Shown piece by piece: positions 8,369 through 16,116 of a stretch of DNA of 64,000 nt (positions are counted from its first letter, which is position 1; the number at the start of each line of letters is the position of its first letter). Source of the DNA: a virus. The position numbers were made by a program, and so were the translations under genes. Location of the stretch: positions 32,001 through 96,000 of the IMG/VR virus record IMGVR_UViG_3300025887_000010; one strand, written 5' to 3'. The notes beneath the pieces were generated by a model. The model did not search any database and was not told the origin of the DNA. It saw only the letters and a list, made by a program, of their open reading frames with translations.

Positions 8369-9253
8369 TCAGAGAAATTTGTCATAGGCTTTTTCGATCG
8401 AGAACGACTCGTTACCGAAGTGTTCATGGACCTTTGCGATCTCGTCGATTGTGGTCTTCTTATAGTCGCCGAGGAAGACTTCGAATGGCTTCGCTCCAGG
8501 CTGCTTCGTTTCGGTCATCGTATCAATTCCCATCAAGATCATTCCGAAATCGATGCGAATGTCTGTCATCTCCTCAAACGCCATCGCGTAAAGCGATATT
8601 TGACGTTTGTATCCACCAATGTCTTTCGCAGACTTCTCTTTGCGAGACGATTTGAAGTCGATCAGTGTGATGAGACCATTGAACTCGACATCGTATGCTC
8701 CTCCATCCTTGTTCAAAACGCCTTCGAGTGTGTAGTCCTCGTCGTATTCCCCAATACAGTCAACTCTACCAGCAATCTGAAGAACATCCGAATAGAGAGC
8801 ATGCTCCAAACAGTGAACGTTGTCGATTTTGTCGAGGTATGGACGAAGCTTCCTGAATAGACTCCATCCTCGCATGTGAGTGTCTTTGACGACCTCATTT
8901 CGAATGTAGAGTTCGGCCATATCGTGCATCGACGTACCACGAGTTCGGGCCTCATGACTGACGCGATCGGCTTCTTCTTCACCAACAGCATCTCTCCAAG
9001 CCTGAAGCCAACCATTCTCACCCTGAAGATCAGCAATCTGACCGAGTATCGTCGTTGCAGATGGATATGCGCGTTTCTCAGGATTGTCGTCAGTTGGTGG
9101 AATGATGTAGTAGCGCCCAGGGAATTTGCCTTCCTTGTACGCGTCGATGTTATGCACGTCTTTGCGAAATTTGAACTGATCCCAGTCGTGAGTGAATGGG
9201 ACCAGTCTTGGTTGTTGCTCAGCCGACTCTCTGAATTTCTTGAAAATACTCAT
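8369..9253 (-). CDS. PD-(D/E)XK (Cas4-like) exonuclease of T4-like phages
   Basis: YPSATTILG, RGTSMH, AGRVDC, IDFKSS, QISLYA. Confidence 0.85.
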   Translation of the reverse strand: MSIFKKFRESAEQQPRLVPFTHDWDQFKFRKDVHNIDAYKEGKFPGRYYIIPPTDDNPEKRAYPSATTILGQIADLQGENGWLQAWRDAVGEEEADRVSHEARTRGTSMHDMAELYIRNEVVKDTHMRGWSLFRKLRPYLDKIDNVHCLEHALYSDVLQIAGRVDCIGEYDEDYTLEGVLNKDGGAYDVEFNGLITLIDFKSSRKEKSAKDIGGYKRQISLYAMAFEEMTDIRIDFGMILMGIDTMTETKQPGAKPFEVFLGDYKKTTIDEIAKVHEHFGNESFSIEKAYDKFL

Positions 9254-9259
9254 GGTCTA

Positions 9260-9288
9260 GCTATATCACATCCTGCTCATCTTGTACA
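9260..9288 (-). promoter_or_regulatory. Early promoter (TGTACA-N17-TATAGC)
   Basis: Motif match inside the 3' end of the upstream gene. Confidence 0.65.
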
Positions 9289-9752
9289 ACAGTTTTTGGA
9301 TGAGGAATACGATGAGGATACGGTTTTGGTGGACACATGAAGTACGAGACATTCTCTTCGAAGTTCCGATTGTGTTGAATCATCCAATCTTCTTGACCTT
9401 TCTCCTTGAGGTGCTTGTTGATATCAGAGATCATCATACTGACGGTGCTCAGATCAGAACCGGACTCGAAAAGGGTGTCGTAGAACATGTTCGACCACAT
9501 CACATCTTTGCAACGACCATCAGGTGCGCACAACCAAAGATGTGAAAAGAGTCGGCGTTTGCGAATGACCTTCATTGAAATTCTACTATTTTTCGGAATG
9601 CCCATACCAAAGTTCGGATCGATTCCGATATTTATCAGCGCCATTTTGGTATGTTCGCTCATTTCGAGATGATACTCTAGAAGATTGAGAGCGTAATCCA
9701 CCTTCATCAGATCGTTTGGTAACTTGTTGATTTCGTCTTCGTACGGTCTCAT
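9261..9752 (-). CDS. Hypothetical protein
   Basis: ATGA-coupled to the glf stop; third gene of the GT-glf operon. Confidence 0.65.
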   Translation of the reverse strand: MRPYEDEINKLPNDLMKVDYALNLLEYHLEMSEHTKMALINIGIDPNFGMGIPKNSRISMKVIRKRRLFSHLWLCAPDGRCKDVMWSNMFYDTLFESGSDLSTVSMMISDINKHLKEKGQEDWMIQHNRNFEENVSYFMCPPKPYPHRIPHPKTVVQDEQDVI

Positions 9753-10786
9753 TTGAAGTCCTCTGCTGCTCGCATTGCTGAATTGACAGCTTGATCCATA
9801 TCTAAATAGGCATAAAGACCAAGGCGACCAATGAAGGTTATCGAGTATGGCCGCGCCATCTTCTTGTATTTTTCGTAGAGCTTACGATTCTCTCCGTCCA
9901 CATCTTTGACAGGATAGAATTTGCGATCACCATTTTCTTCAGCAGCACATGGCTCTTCCCACATTACGGCAGATGTTTCGGACGATCCATAGCTATTCGG
10001 AAGCTTCGACCACTCTGTGATCCGTGTGTATGGGCCAGTGTTAGTGAAGTTCACTGTTGCAGCCTGGAGAACATTCTCGAGTGGGAGTGTTGCATGATGG
10101 AACTTGAGAGAACGATACGGAAGGTGTCCATGGATGTAGTTGAAATACTCATCGATAGGCATCGAATTGAAAATCCAGTCCGCACTTGCGATGAAATCAC
10201 CACCGTATCCAGTTTTACCAAACTCCATAAAGTCGCAACCTGTCATAACATTGATGTTCTCATGATCGAGCATGTTTTCAACCATTTTGGTGTATCCATC
10301 CTTAGGAAGCACCTGAATGTCGTCGTTTGGGAAGTACAGCTCATTCATATCGTCACGAATGGGAACACGATTCATGATGCTCGGACTCACCCTTTCAAGT
10401 GACATTCCCCACATCTTCTCGGTGTAAGGACGGAAGAAGATGTCGATAACGTTTTCTTCGCCGACGATTTCTTTCGTTTCCTTGTTCACAGGAAGCGTGA
10501 CAAGACGTCCATCTTCAAGAAGAGCTTTGACCTTGTGCTCATATTTCACCCATTCCGTGAATCGGCTCAGAAACTCGAAGACTTTGACGTTGTTCGTGTG
10601 GAACAGGTGAGGACCATATTTGTGGATTCGATGTCCGTCATCGATCACATAATCAAAAGCGTTGCCGGCAACATGGTCACTCTTCTCCATGACGACGATT
10701 TTGTGTCCCTTTTCAGCGAGAAGACGAGCAACTGTTGATCCTGAAAGTCCTGCTCCGACGACAATGAATTTGCATTTTTTGCTCAT
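9749..10786 (-). CDS. glf: UDP-galactopyranose mutase (FAD-dependent)
   Basis: GAGLSG, AGNAFD, HKYGPHLFHT, FFRPYTEKMWG, RVPIR, PKDGYT, LPYRSL, YTRITE, FYPV, GRLGLYAYLDMDQAV. Confidence 0.95.
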   Translation of the reverse strand: MSKKCKFIVVGAGLSGSTVARLLAEKGHKIVVMEKSDHVAGNAFDYVIDDGHRIHKYGPHLFHTNNVKVFEFLSRFTEWVKYEHKVKALLEDGRLVTLPVNKETKEIVGEENVIDIFFRPYTEKMWGMSLERVSPSIMNRVPIRDDMNELYFPNDDIQVLPKDGYTKMVENMLDHENINVMTGCDFMEFGKTGYGGDFIASADWIFNSMPIDEYFNYIHGHLPYRSLKFHHATLPLENVLQAATVNFTNTGPYTRITEWSKLPNSYGSSETSAVMWEEPCAAEENGDRKFYPVKDVDGENRKLYEKYKKMARPYSITFIGRLGLYAYLDMDQAVNSAMRAAEDFK

Positions 10787-11898
10787 TTGCGTGCATCCAA
10801 AATTTTCTGGAGTTCTTCACGTTGAACTCGTTTCGTAAGTGGGTGTTTCTCATAGAGGCAGTCTTTCTGTGCTTTCGCAAGAGCAACTAGACCAGCTGTA
10901 TCGAGACCCTCGATTTTGTCGGCAGTGAGGTTTTCGTACGCTTCACCGTAGACTTCAGCTTCTTTCTGATCACAAAGCAGAATCGATCCTGCATCAGCAA
11001 CTTGAAGCGGACGGGCACGCCACCAACCAGAGCCAGCATGGCTGTACGCAGGCATCAGGCAACCCCATTGTTTGTTAAAGATGCGACACATTTCGGTCTC
11101 AGTGACTCGTTCGCATTTGTATTCGCCACGTGATGCACCGAAGAAGTTCACCTTCCATTCGACCTTCTTGCTCTTCATCCACTTACGTGTCTTGTTATGA
11201 ACGAGAGATGCGAAGTTCCATTCACGAAGCTTTTTCTCAGGACGAATGCCAATGGTGTCAGGCTCATCGAACATGTCAAGATCAGTGTCGTTTTCGAGAC
11301 CGAAATTGTTGTCAGGTCGACGATTTAGGTGGTACGGATTTGGGTTGTATGTGAAGACACGCTCACTTGGCCATTCGAGACTCAAGAGACTCAGATCGCC
11401 ACCAGCAAATGCGCTCATCAGAAGGCGATTCTTGCCATTGACAATGCTGTCGCAAGCATCCTTGTAGAACGATTCGTACTTCTGCACTTCCTCGAGTGAC
11501 TCCTTGCCACCCCAGTTCGACCACAGATAGTCGCGATAGCCATTTCCTTCTTCGAGCTGCTTCTTGTAGCCGATGATGTCTTTGAAGATACCAGGGAATT
11601 GCCAATCATCGAAAGCAACAATGCAATCTGGGCGAGCGCCGATAGCATACAGACCTGACCACAGATACTGTGTGAAGGCTGCTGTTGGGTGGACGATCGC
11701 AATCACGTCCTCATACTCGGAAAGGTCTTCGCCCAGTTTGACGACTCGTTGTTCGACTTCGTATCCCATTGCTTCGAGACCATTCACGAGTGAGTAGTGC
11801 GAAGGAACGATCTGCAAGCGAAGAAAAGCCGAGTGTGCATTTCGGTTGCATTGAGCTTTGTTCATTCCGGTGACGAGGATTTTCGGTTTTGCAGTCAT
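10783..11898 (-). CDS. T4 beta-glucosyltransferase-like DNA glycosyltransferase
   Basis: Colinear similarity to T4 BGT recalled from memory: IVPS...LEAMGYEV (TVPS...ISEMGLNV), AFDDWQFP (LFTDIRLP), VNFFGASR (IEFFGNAR), RARPLQVADAGSILLCD (TLRVWETMASDAVMLID). GGAG RBS before ATG 11898. Confidence 0.7.
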   Translation of the reverse strand: MTAKPKILVTGMNKAQCNRNAHSAFLRLQIVPSHYSLVNGLEAMGYEVEQRVVKLGEDLSEYEDVIAIVHPTAAFTQYLWSGLYAIGARPDCIVAFDDWQFPGIFKDIIGYKKQLEEGNGYRDYLWSNWGGKESLEEVQKYESFYKDACDSIVNGKNRLLMSAFAGGDLSLLSLEWPSERVFTYNPNPYHLNRRPDNNFGLENDTDLDMFDEPDTIGIRPEKKLREWNFASLVHNKTRKWMKSKKVEWKVNFFGASRGEYKCERVTETEMCRIFNKQWGCLMPAYSHAGSGWWRARPLQVADAGSILLCDQKEAEVYGEAYENLTADKIEGLDTAGLVALAKAQKDCLYEKHPLTKRVQREELQKILDARK

Positions 11899-11931
11899 AG
11901 GTATCTCCATAGAGGTTTTGTTCTTAAGTTC

Positions 11932-11960
11932 AGTGTATCACAATTTAGCCAGCTTGTACA
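11932..11960 (-). promoter_or_regulatory. Early promoter driving the BGT-like/glf operon (TGTACA-N17-TACACT)
   Basis: Motif match immediately upstream of the GT start. Confidence 0.7.
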
Positions 11961-12184
11961 CAGTCAATGCCATGTTTTTGCCATCTAATTGTCTCGATGG
12001 CATTCGCAAACACTTCGTGTTCGTTCATCTCGAAAAGGAGTTTCTCACGAAGTGGATGCTCGAAGTCTTCGACATCGGTACAGTGATTGCGGAAAATGTA
12101 TTGTCCGAATCTCACATTATTGTCGGCAGATTTCCACGCACGGAAAACTTCAACGAGTTCGGAATAGGTCTCAATCTTTAGCAT
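11945..12184 (-). CDS. Hypothetical protein
   Basis: MLKIETYSELVEVF...VRFGQYIF; overlaps the end of the upstream gene. Confidence 0.6.
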   Translation of the reverse strand: MLKIETYSELVEVFRAWKSADNNVRFGQYIFRNHCTDVEDFEHPLREKLLFEMNEHEVFANAIETIRWQKHGIDCVQAG

Positions 12185-12797
12185 CAGGTAGATCCAGGTC
12201 AAAGTATTCAAGTTCTTTCAGGGTGATGAACTGTGTATTTTGCCTCTTCTCACGGCGAGAAATATGATGATGACCACCAATCCAATAGTCGGGTTGATGA
12301 ATTTCGAAAAGCTCCTGAAGTATCTCGCGAGTGTTTGTGATTTCATGACCGAATTGATCTTCGACATACGATTGTGGAAAGTCGTGTGAGATGACCACTC
12401 GAGGCTTCGCAATTTCGTAACGGGTAAGTATGCTGAGAAACTTGTCTTCAGTGACTTCCTCATCAGGCCACCAATTTATGCCTGGTATAAGAACCTTTCC
12501 AGGATTGTCAGGCGTTTTCGCACCGCCGAAGTAGAAGATTGAGCGTTTCCTGTCGTAGTAGCCGTCTGAGATGTAGTTTCCCATTCCTTCAGCAATTTGT
12601 GGGTGGTCATGATTGCCTCTAATAAACAAATGACTGGGATTCTTGTTTACCCATTGAACGATTTCCACCATTTCATGCGGTCTGAAAAAACCGAATCCAA
12701 AGTCGCCAACCTGAATAGAGTTCTCAACGACTTCTGCAATTTCAAAGTATTCCTGAAACTTAGCGTGGACATCGCCAATAATTCGGACTTTGGTCAT
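12171..12797 (-). CDS. Calcineurin-like metallophosphoesterase
   Basis: GDVH, GDFG, RGNHD, SHD, GHHH. Confidence 0.88.
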   Translation of the reverse strand: MTKVRIIGDVHAKFQEYFEIAEVVENSIQVGDFGFGFFRPHEMVEIVQWVNKNPSHLFIRGNHDHPQIAEGMGNYISDGYYDRKRSIFYFGGAKTPDNPGKVLIPGINWWPDEEVTEDKFLSILTRYEIAKPRVVISHDFPQSYVEDQFGHEITNTREILQELFEIHQPDYWIGGHHHISRREKRQNTQFITLKELEYFDLDLPDAKD

Positions 12798-12820
12798 ATT
12801 GATCTCCTATTTCTTAATTC

Positions 12821-12849
12821 ATGATATCACATTTCGTGCATGATGTACA
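12821..12849 (-). promoter_or_regulatory. Early promoter (TGTACA-N17-TATCAT)
   Basis: Motif match upstream of an AGGAG RBS. Confidence 0.7.
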
Positions 12850-12935
12850 TAGTAAAGTGACTGTTGCCTCGTTAAACCTGGAGCTCGCTGAGTCTTACGA
12901 TCGTATTGACAATATAATATACATCAAACGACAAA

Positions 12936-12964
12936 GAGGAACTCAGCGATTCACTGAGTTCCCC
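12936..12964 (-). terminator. Intrinsic terminator in non-coding region
   Basis: GGAACTCAG/CTGAGTTCC stem followed by TCTTTGTCGTTT on the minus strand. Confidence 0.6.
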
Positions 12965-13021
12965 TGGTTAGATCAAGGTTGTCAATCTTGTCTTACATAT
13001 TTCAGAACAAACTTTCGAAGA

Positions 13022-13050
13022 ATTATATCATAGTGGAGGCTATAAGTACA
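13022..13050 (-). promoter_or_regulatory. Early promoter (TGTACT-N17-TATAAT) with no downstream ORF
   Basis: Motif match with perfect TG-A-TATAAT. Confidence 0.65.
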
Positions 13051-13116
13051 TAACCTTTATCAAACTTTTTGACATTTCAAAGAAAGATTTGGTCTTCTTC
13101 ATTCCACGTTTTCCAA

Positions 13117-13491
13117 CTACTTCTTTGTGCCTGGAGCAGAGGAGGTCAAGTGTTCCTCCGTCTCTTCGAGATACTCAAAGCTTCCATCAGTTGCTTCAAA
13201 GTTTCCCTTCAAAATCATCGACTTGATCCATTCTTCGTTAAGAAAACGATCGAAACAATCGATGATTTGACCATGAAGATGTGCAAAGGGTGAACAGAAG
13301 ATGATTCGATTCTGGTGGTATCTCGCAAAGAACCGAACATCTGCAATCTCGAATGAGACAAAGTCGACATTGCGGTTCAAATAGCCTTCAAGCTGAGAAT
13401 TCGTGCGATAATAGGAATGGAGAGGTACTCCAGAGATGTCGAGTGCAGTTCCGTCATCAGCAATGGTGACGTTTTTGTTGTAATGTCTCAT
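13117..13491 (-). CDS. Hypothetical protein
   Basis: ATGA-coupled ORF. Confidence 0.65.
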   Translation of the reverse strand: MRHYNKNVTIADDGTALDISGVPLHSYYRTNSQLEGYLNRNVDFVSFEIADVRFFARYHQNRIIFCSPFAHLHGQIIDCFDRFLNEEWIKSMILKGNFEATDGSFEYLEETEEHLTSSAPGTKK

Positions 13492-14093
13492 TTTTGGACC
13501 TTTTTAATTACGTTGAGCACCTTCTTAGAGAATGCGTATTGATCTTCGAGTCGTAGGGATTGGCGAAGAATTCGGTAAGCTCTCTTCGAAAGCAGCCCTT
13601 TCTCCTTCCGCAGTTCGCTGAGATCGACTTCTTCGACCTCACTGTGATACTTCATGGCAGACAGAATCGAAAGTTCACCAGAGATAACGCCATTCACAAT
13701 TCCGGTTTTGCCGTTCTTTTCGACGAGATTTGGCATCGCTCGAAAAGAATCACGAAGGAACATAAAGTTTTCCTCATGATCTGATTGTACGAACGATTGG
13801 TAGATGTCATGCAATTTGTCGACGACACTCGTTGAAACCTCGCTGTCGTAAATGTGAGGCATGTTCGAAGTCTTCGCGATGTTGTTGATGAAGAAGAACG
13901 CAAAGTAATACTCGTCGTTCATCTTCCTTACGATCTGCTTCAGGTTACGCTGTGCAAATCCTCTCTGTGCAGTCGACATCTTCGGATACTTGAACCTAGG
14001 AACGAGTTCCTGGTCGAGAGGAAGATCATGGTCTGCCACGAAGATCATTCGATATCCGTGAGCAGACCGAAAGAGATCATTCTTATCAGCCAT
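13488..14093 (-). CDS. Probable helicase loader (gp59-like)
   Basis: 201 aa, near gp33; FAFFFINNIAK and IVNGVISGELSILS weakly resemble T4 gp59. Confidence 0.45.
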   Translation of the reverse strand: MADKNDLFRSAHGYRMIFVADHDLPLDQELVPRFKYPKMSTAQRGFAQRNLKQIVRKMNDEYYFAFFFINNIAKTSNMPHIYDSEVSTSVVDKLHDIYQSFVQSDHEENFMFLRDSFRAMPNLVEKNGKTGIVNGVISGELSILSAMKYHSEVEEVDLSELRKEKGLLSKRAYRILRQSLRLEDQYAFSKKVLNVIKKVQK

Positions 14094-14799
14094 CGTCGTT
14101 CACGCGGATCGCCAAACCATTGTTGGTGGTCCATAGTGTGTGATAGCCGTATTTCGCGAGATGCTCCTTGACAGCACGTGCACTCTTCGTCACTCGATTG
14201 CCTTCGAAGTAGATGATAGAAGGACGAATCTTGTTCCAGTCGGTTGCAATGATTGCGTCGGCGTCTTCACCTTCGATATCAATCTGGATGATATCGGGTT
14301 GAGTCCCAGACGCGTTCACGAGAGACTCAATGGTCTGAGTCTTGAAGTTGAACTTCTCGATTGCGTCTTCGGCCTGGTCTTCTGGGTTCTGACGTGCTTG
14401 ATGGAACCAGTTTCGCAACTTCCCATAATGGATTGTTGAGACGCCGAGTGGTGCACGATATTCAGGCCAATCAGGTTTCGAGTATGTCCGTGCAACCTTC
14501 GACCAATATTCCTCCTTGATGCAAAAGATTTCGACATCTTCACCATCTGTCGACGAAACGATTGAAGGGATGATCTCGAAATCTTCATAGTCGATTTCAG
14601 CCATGTGATTGCGGATGATAGGATGAAGTGACGAGATTGGCTCGACGAGAATCAAGCTTGAGCGGTCTCGAAGTTGAGGAAGAATGCCGTAAAGCGGATC
14701 GTTGTATTTCGCATCATTTGCGCCGATGACCATCAAATCCAAATACGATTTCGAAGTCAAAAGAGTCATTATGGCTGCGTAGTATGGTGTCGTTCTCAT
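14086..14799 (-). CDS. FkbM-family SAM-dependent methyltransferase
   Basis: MVIGANDA, LILVEP, PDIIQIDIEGED, RPSIIYFE. Confidence 0.82.
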   Translation of the reverse strand: MRTTPYYAAIMTLLTSKSYLDLMVIGANDAKYNDPLYGILPQLRDRSSLILVEPISSLHPIIRNHMAEIDYEDFEIIPSIVSSTDGEDVEIFCIKEEYWSKVARTYSKPDWPEYRAPLGVSTIHYGKLRNWFHQARQNPEDQAEDAIEKFNFKTQTIESLVNASGTQPDIIQIDIEGEDADAIIATDWNKIRPSIIYFEGNRVTKSARAVKEHLAKYGYHTLWTTNNGLAIRVNDDG

Positions 14800-15044
14800 G
14801 ATATGTCCAGTTCTATGTGAGTGGATTTCGATTGCTTGAGCAAGTTGTTCTTTCTGGCTTCAGCAGAAACCCGTTCGATGAATGTTTGGGAGAACTTCAC
14901 CGTTTTGTGAATTTCCTCGTAATCTACATCGTGTTGCTCGCAGTAGTCCACAGCAGCATCAAAGAGTGAGTCGAACTCATTATCCGAGAAGTGCTGTAAG
15001 ATTTTCTGCTCGAAGTCAGATACGGTTTTTGGTGATGCACCCAT
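14796..15044 (-). CDS. gp33: Late transcription co-activator
   Basis: LFDAAVDYCEQHDVDYEE...ERVSAEARKNNLLK matches the gp33 pattern. Confidence 0.8.
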   Translation of the reverse strand: MGASPKTVSDFEQKILQHFSDNEFDSLFDAAVDYCEQHDVDYEEIHKTVKFSQTFIERVSAEARKNNLLKQSKSTHIELDIS

Positions 15045-15727
15045 TACGAGGGATCAGGAATGAGATTGAAGTTGCGCTCATAGAAGTGCATGTTCTGCAC
15101 TTGCCAGTGAAGTGTACCGATCTCTAGATCGAAGTCAAAAAGTGTGTGTGCATTCAAATCACAGACAAGCATGCTCATGACATGTATCTGCCATGCACGA
15201 TCATTTCGATATCCAGCCCAGGCATCGTTCGAACGCATTTGAACTACAGCATGAAGCTTACCATCACGAATCTGGTAGGAAACAGCATTGGTGCAGATAA
15301 AGTCAGACATACCGTTGTGAGCATACTCGACCCAAATAGATGGACGGTTGTAGATCATGACGGCTCGACGTGAACTCGGATTTTTCGCAAGTTCCTCTAA
15401 AACTTTGGCGTATTGATGATGGTATAACGGCGAAAAGATCAGCAATCCGTAATTGGAGTTGATGAGACCGTCACTGGATGAGATGTCTTGCCAGATTTTT
15501 GGAACGATGTCGTAATATCTACCGATATCGTTAACAGAACGACTCATCGATTCGTACCAATCGATTTCGGCATCGATGTATTTCGTGTTAAGATCACCGA
15601 ATATGGTTGCTTCATCAGCTTCAAACGATGCTCCGAGGATTTCGATTACGTTCGTTCCACCGAGATTGACGATGTCACCAGCAGCTTTCTTCTCGATGAA
15701 TAGGTTACGGATATCTTGTACGTTCAT
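15044..15727 (-). CDS. gp42: dCMP hydroxymethylase (thymidylate synthase fold)
   Basis: Colinear with T4 gp42: IEILGASFEADE..IFG, EIDWY, INSNYG, NPSSRRAVMIYNRPS, GMSDFICTN (catalytic Cys), MRSND, GYRND (Asp of cytosine-specific enzymes), MHFY. Confidence 0.93.
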   Translation of the reverse strand: MNVQDIRNLFIEKKAAGDIVNLGGTNVIEILGASFEADEATIFGDLNTKYIDAEIDWYESMSRSVNDIGRYYDIVPKIWQDISSSDGLINSNYGLLIFSPLYHHQYAKVLEELAKNPSSRRAVMIYNRPSIWVEYAHNGMSDFICTNAVSYQIRDGKLHAVVQMRSNDAWAGYRNDRAWQIHVMSMLVCDLNAHTLFDFDLEIGTLHWQVQNMHFYERNFNLIPDPS

Positions 15728-16116
15728 TGGACGCTCTCCTCTTCTTCTGACAATTTGCGATTGAAGACATCAGCCTGTAGGTCTTGGCCGTCGATCTCTC
15801 TGTTGATGAACGCAGCCATGAAGCTTGCGTAGTTGACCATATCCATCAGGGTGTCTTCGACGGATTCGAAAACTGGAGCGTTATTGTTCGATTCCCATGT
15901 TTCGATCAGTGACTGAAGCCGAAGCTTCTTCGCATGGATGATCTCTTCGATCGTCTTGATGCCTGACGGATAATAGTCAGCTTGCTTGACGCGAGAGTTT
16001 GGATTTTGGTAATCCTGACCCTTGAGTCGTTGAAGTTCGATGCATTTCTGCAGGAACATAACCGAGTAGCGCTCTTTCGATACGCCGATGGCTTCGAGTC
16101 GGTTGGTTGTAGACAT
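15724..16116 (-). CDS. Nucleotide-modification-associated domain 1 (DUF1599-like all-alpha pyrophosphatase fold)
   Basis: K..DY, K..RL, ESVEDTLMDMVNYA; coupled directly upstream of gp42. Confidence 0.72.
   Translation of the reverse strand: MSTTNRLEAIGVSKERYSVMFLQKCIELQRLKGQDYQNPNSRVKQADYYPSGIKTIEEIIHAKKLRLQSLIETWESNNNAPVFESVEDTLMDMVNYASFMAAFINREIDGQDLQADVFNRKLSEEEESVQ

Noticed and set aside
15044-15727. Annotation as ordinary thymidylate synthase
   Set aside because: It has GYRND (Asp) rather than the Asn of dUMP-specific enzymes and is colinear with T4 gp42.
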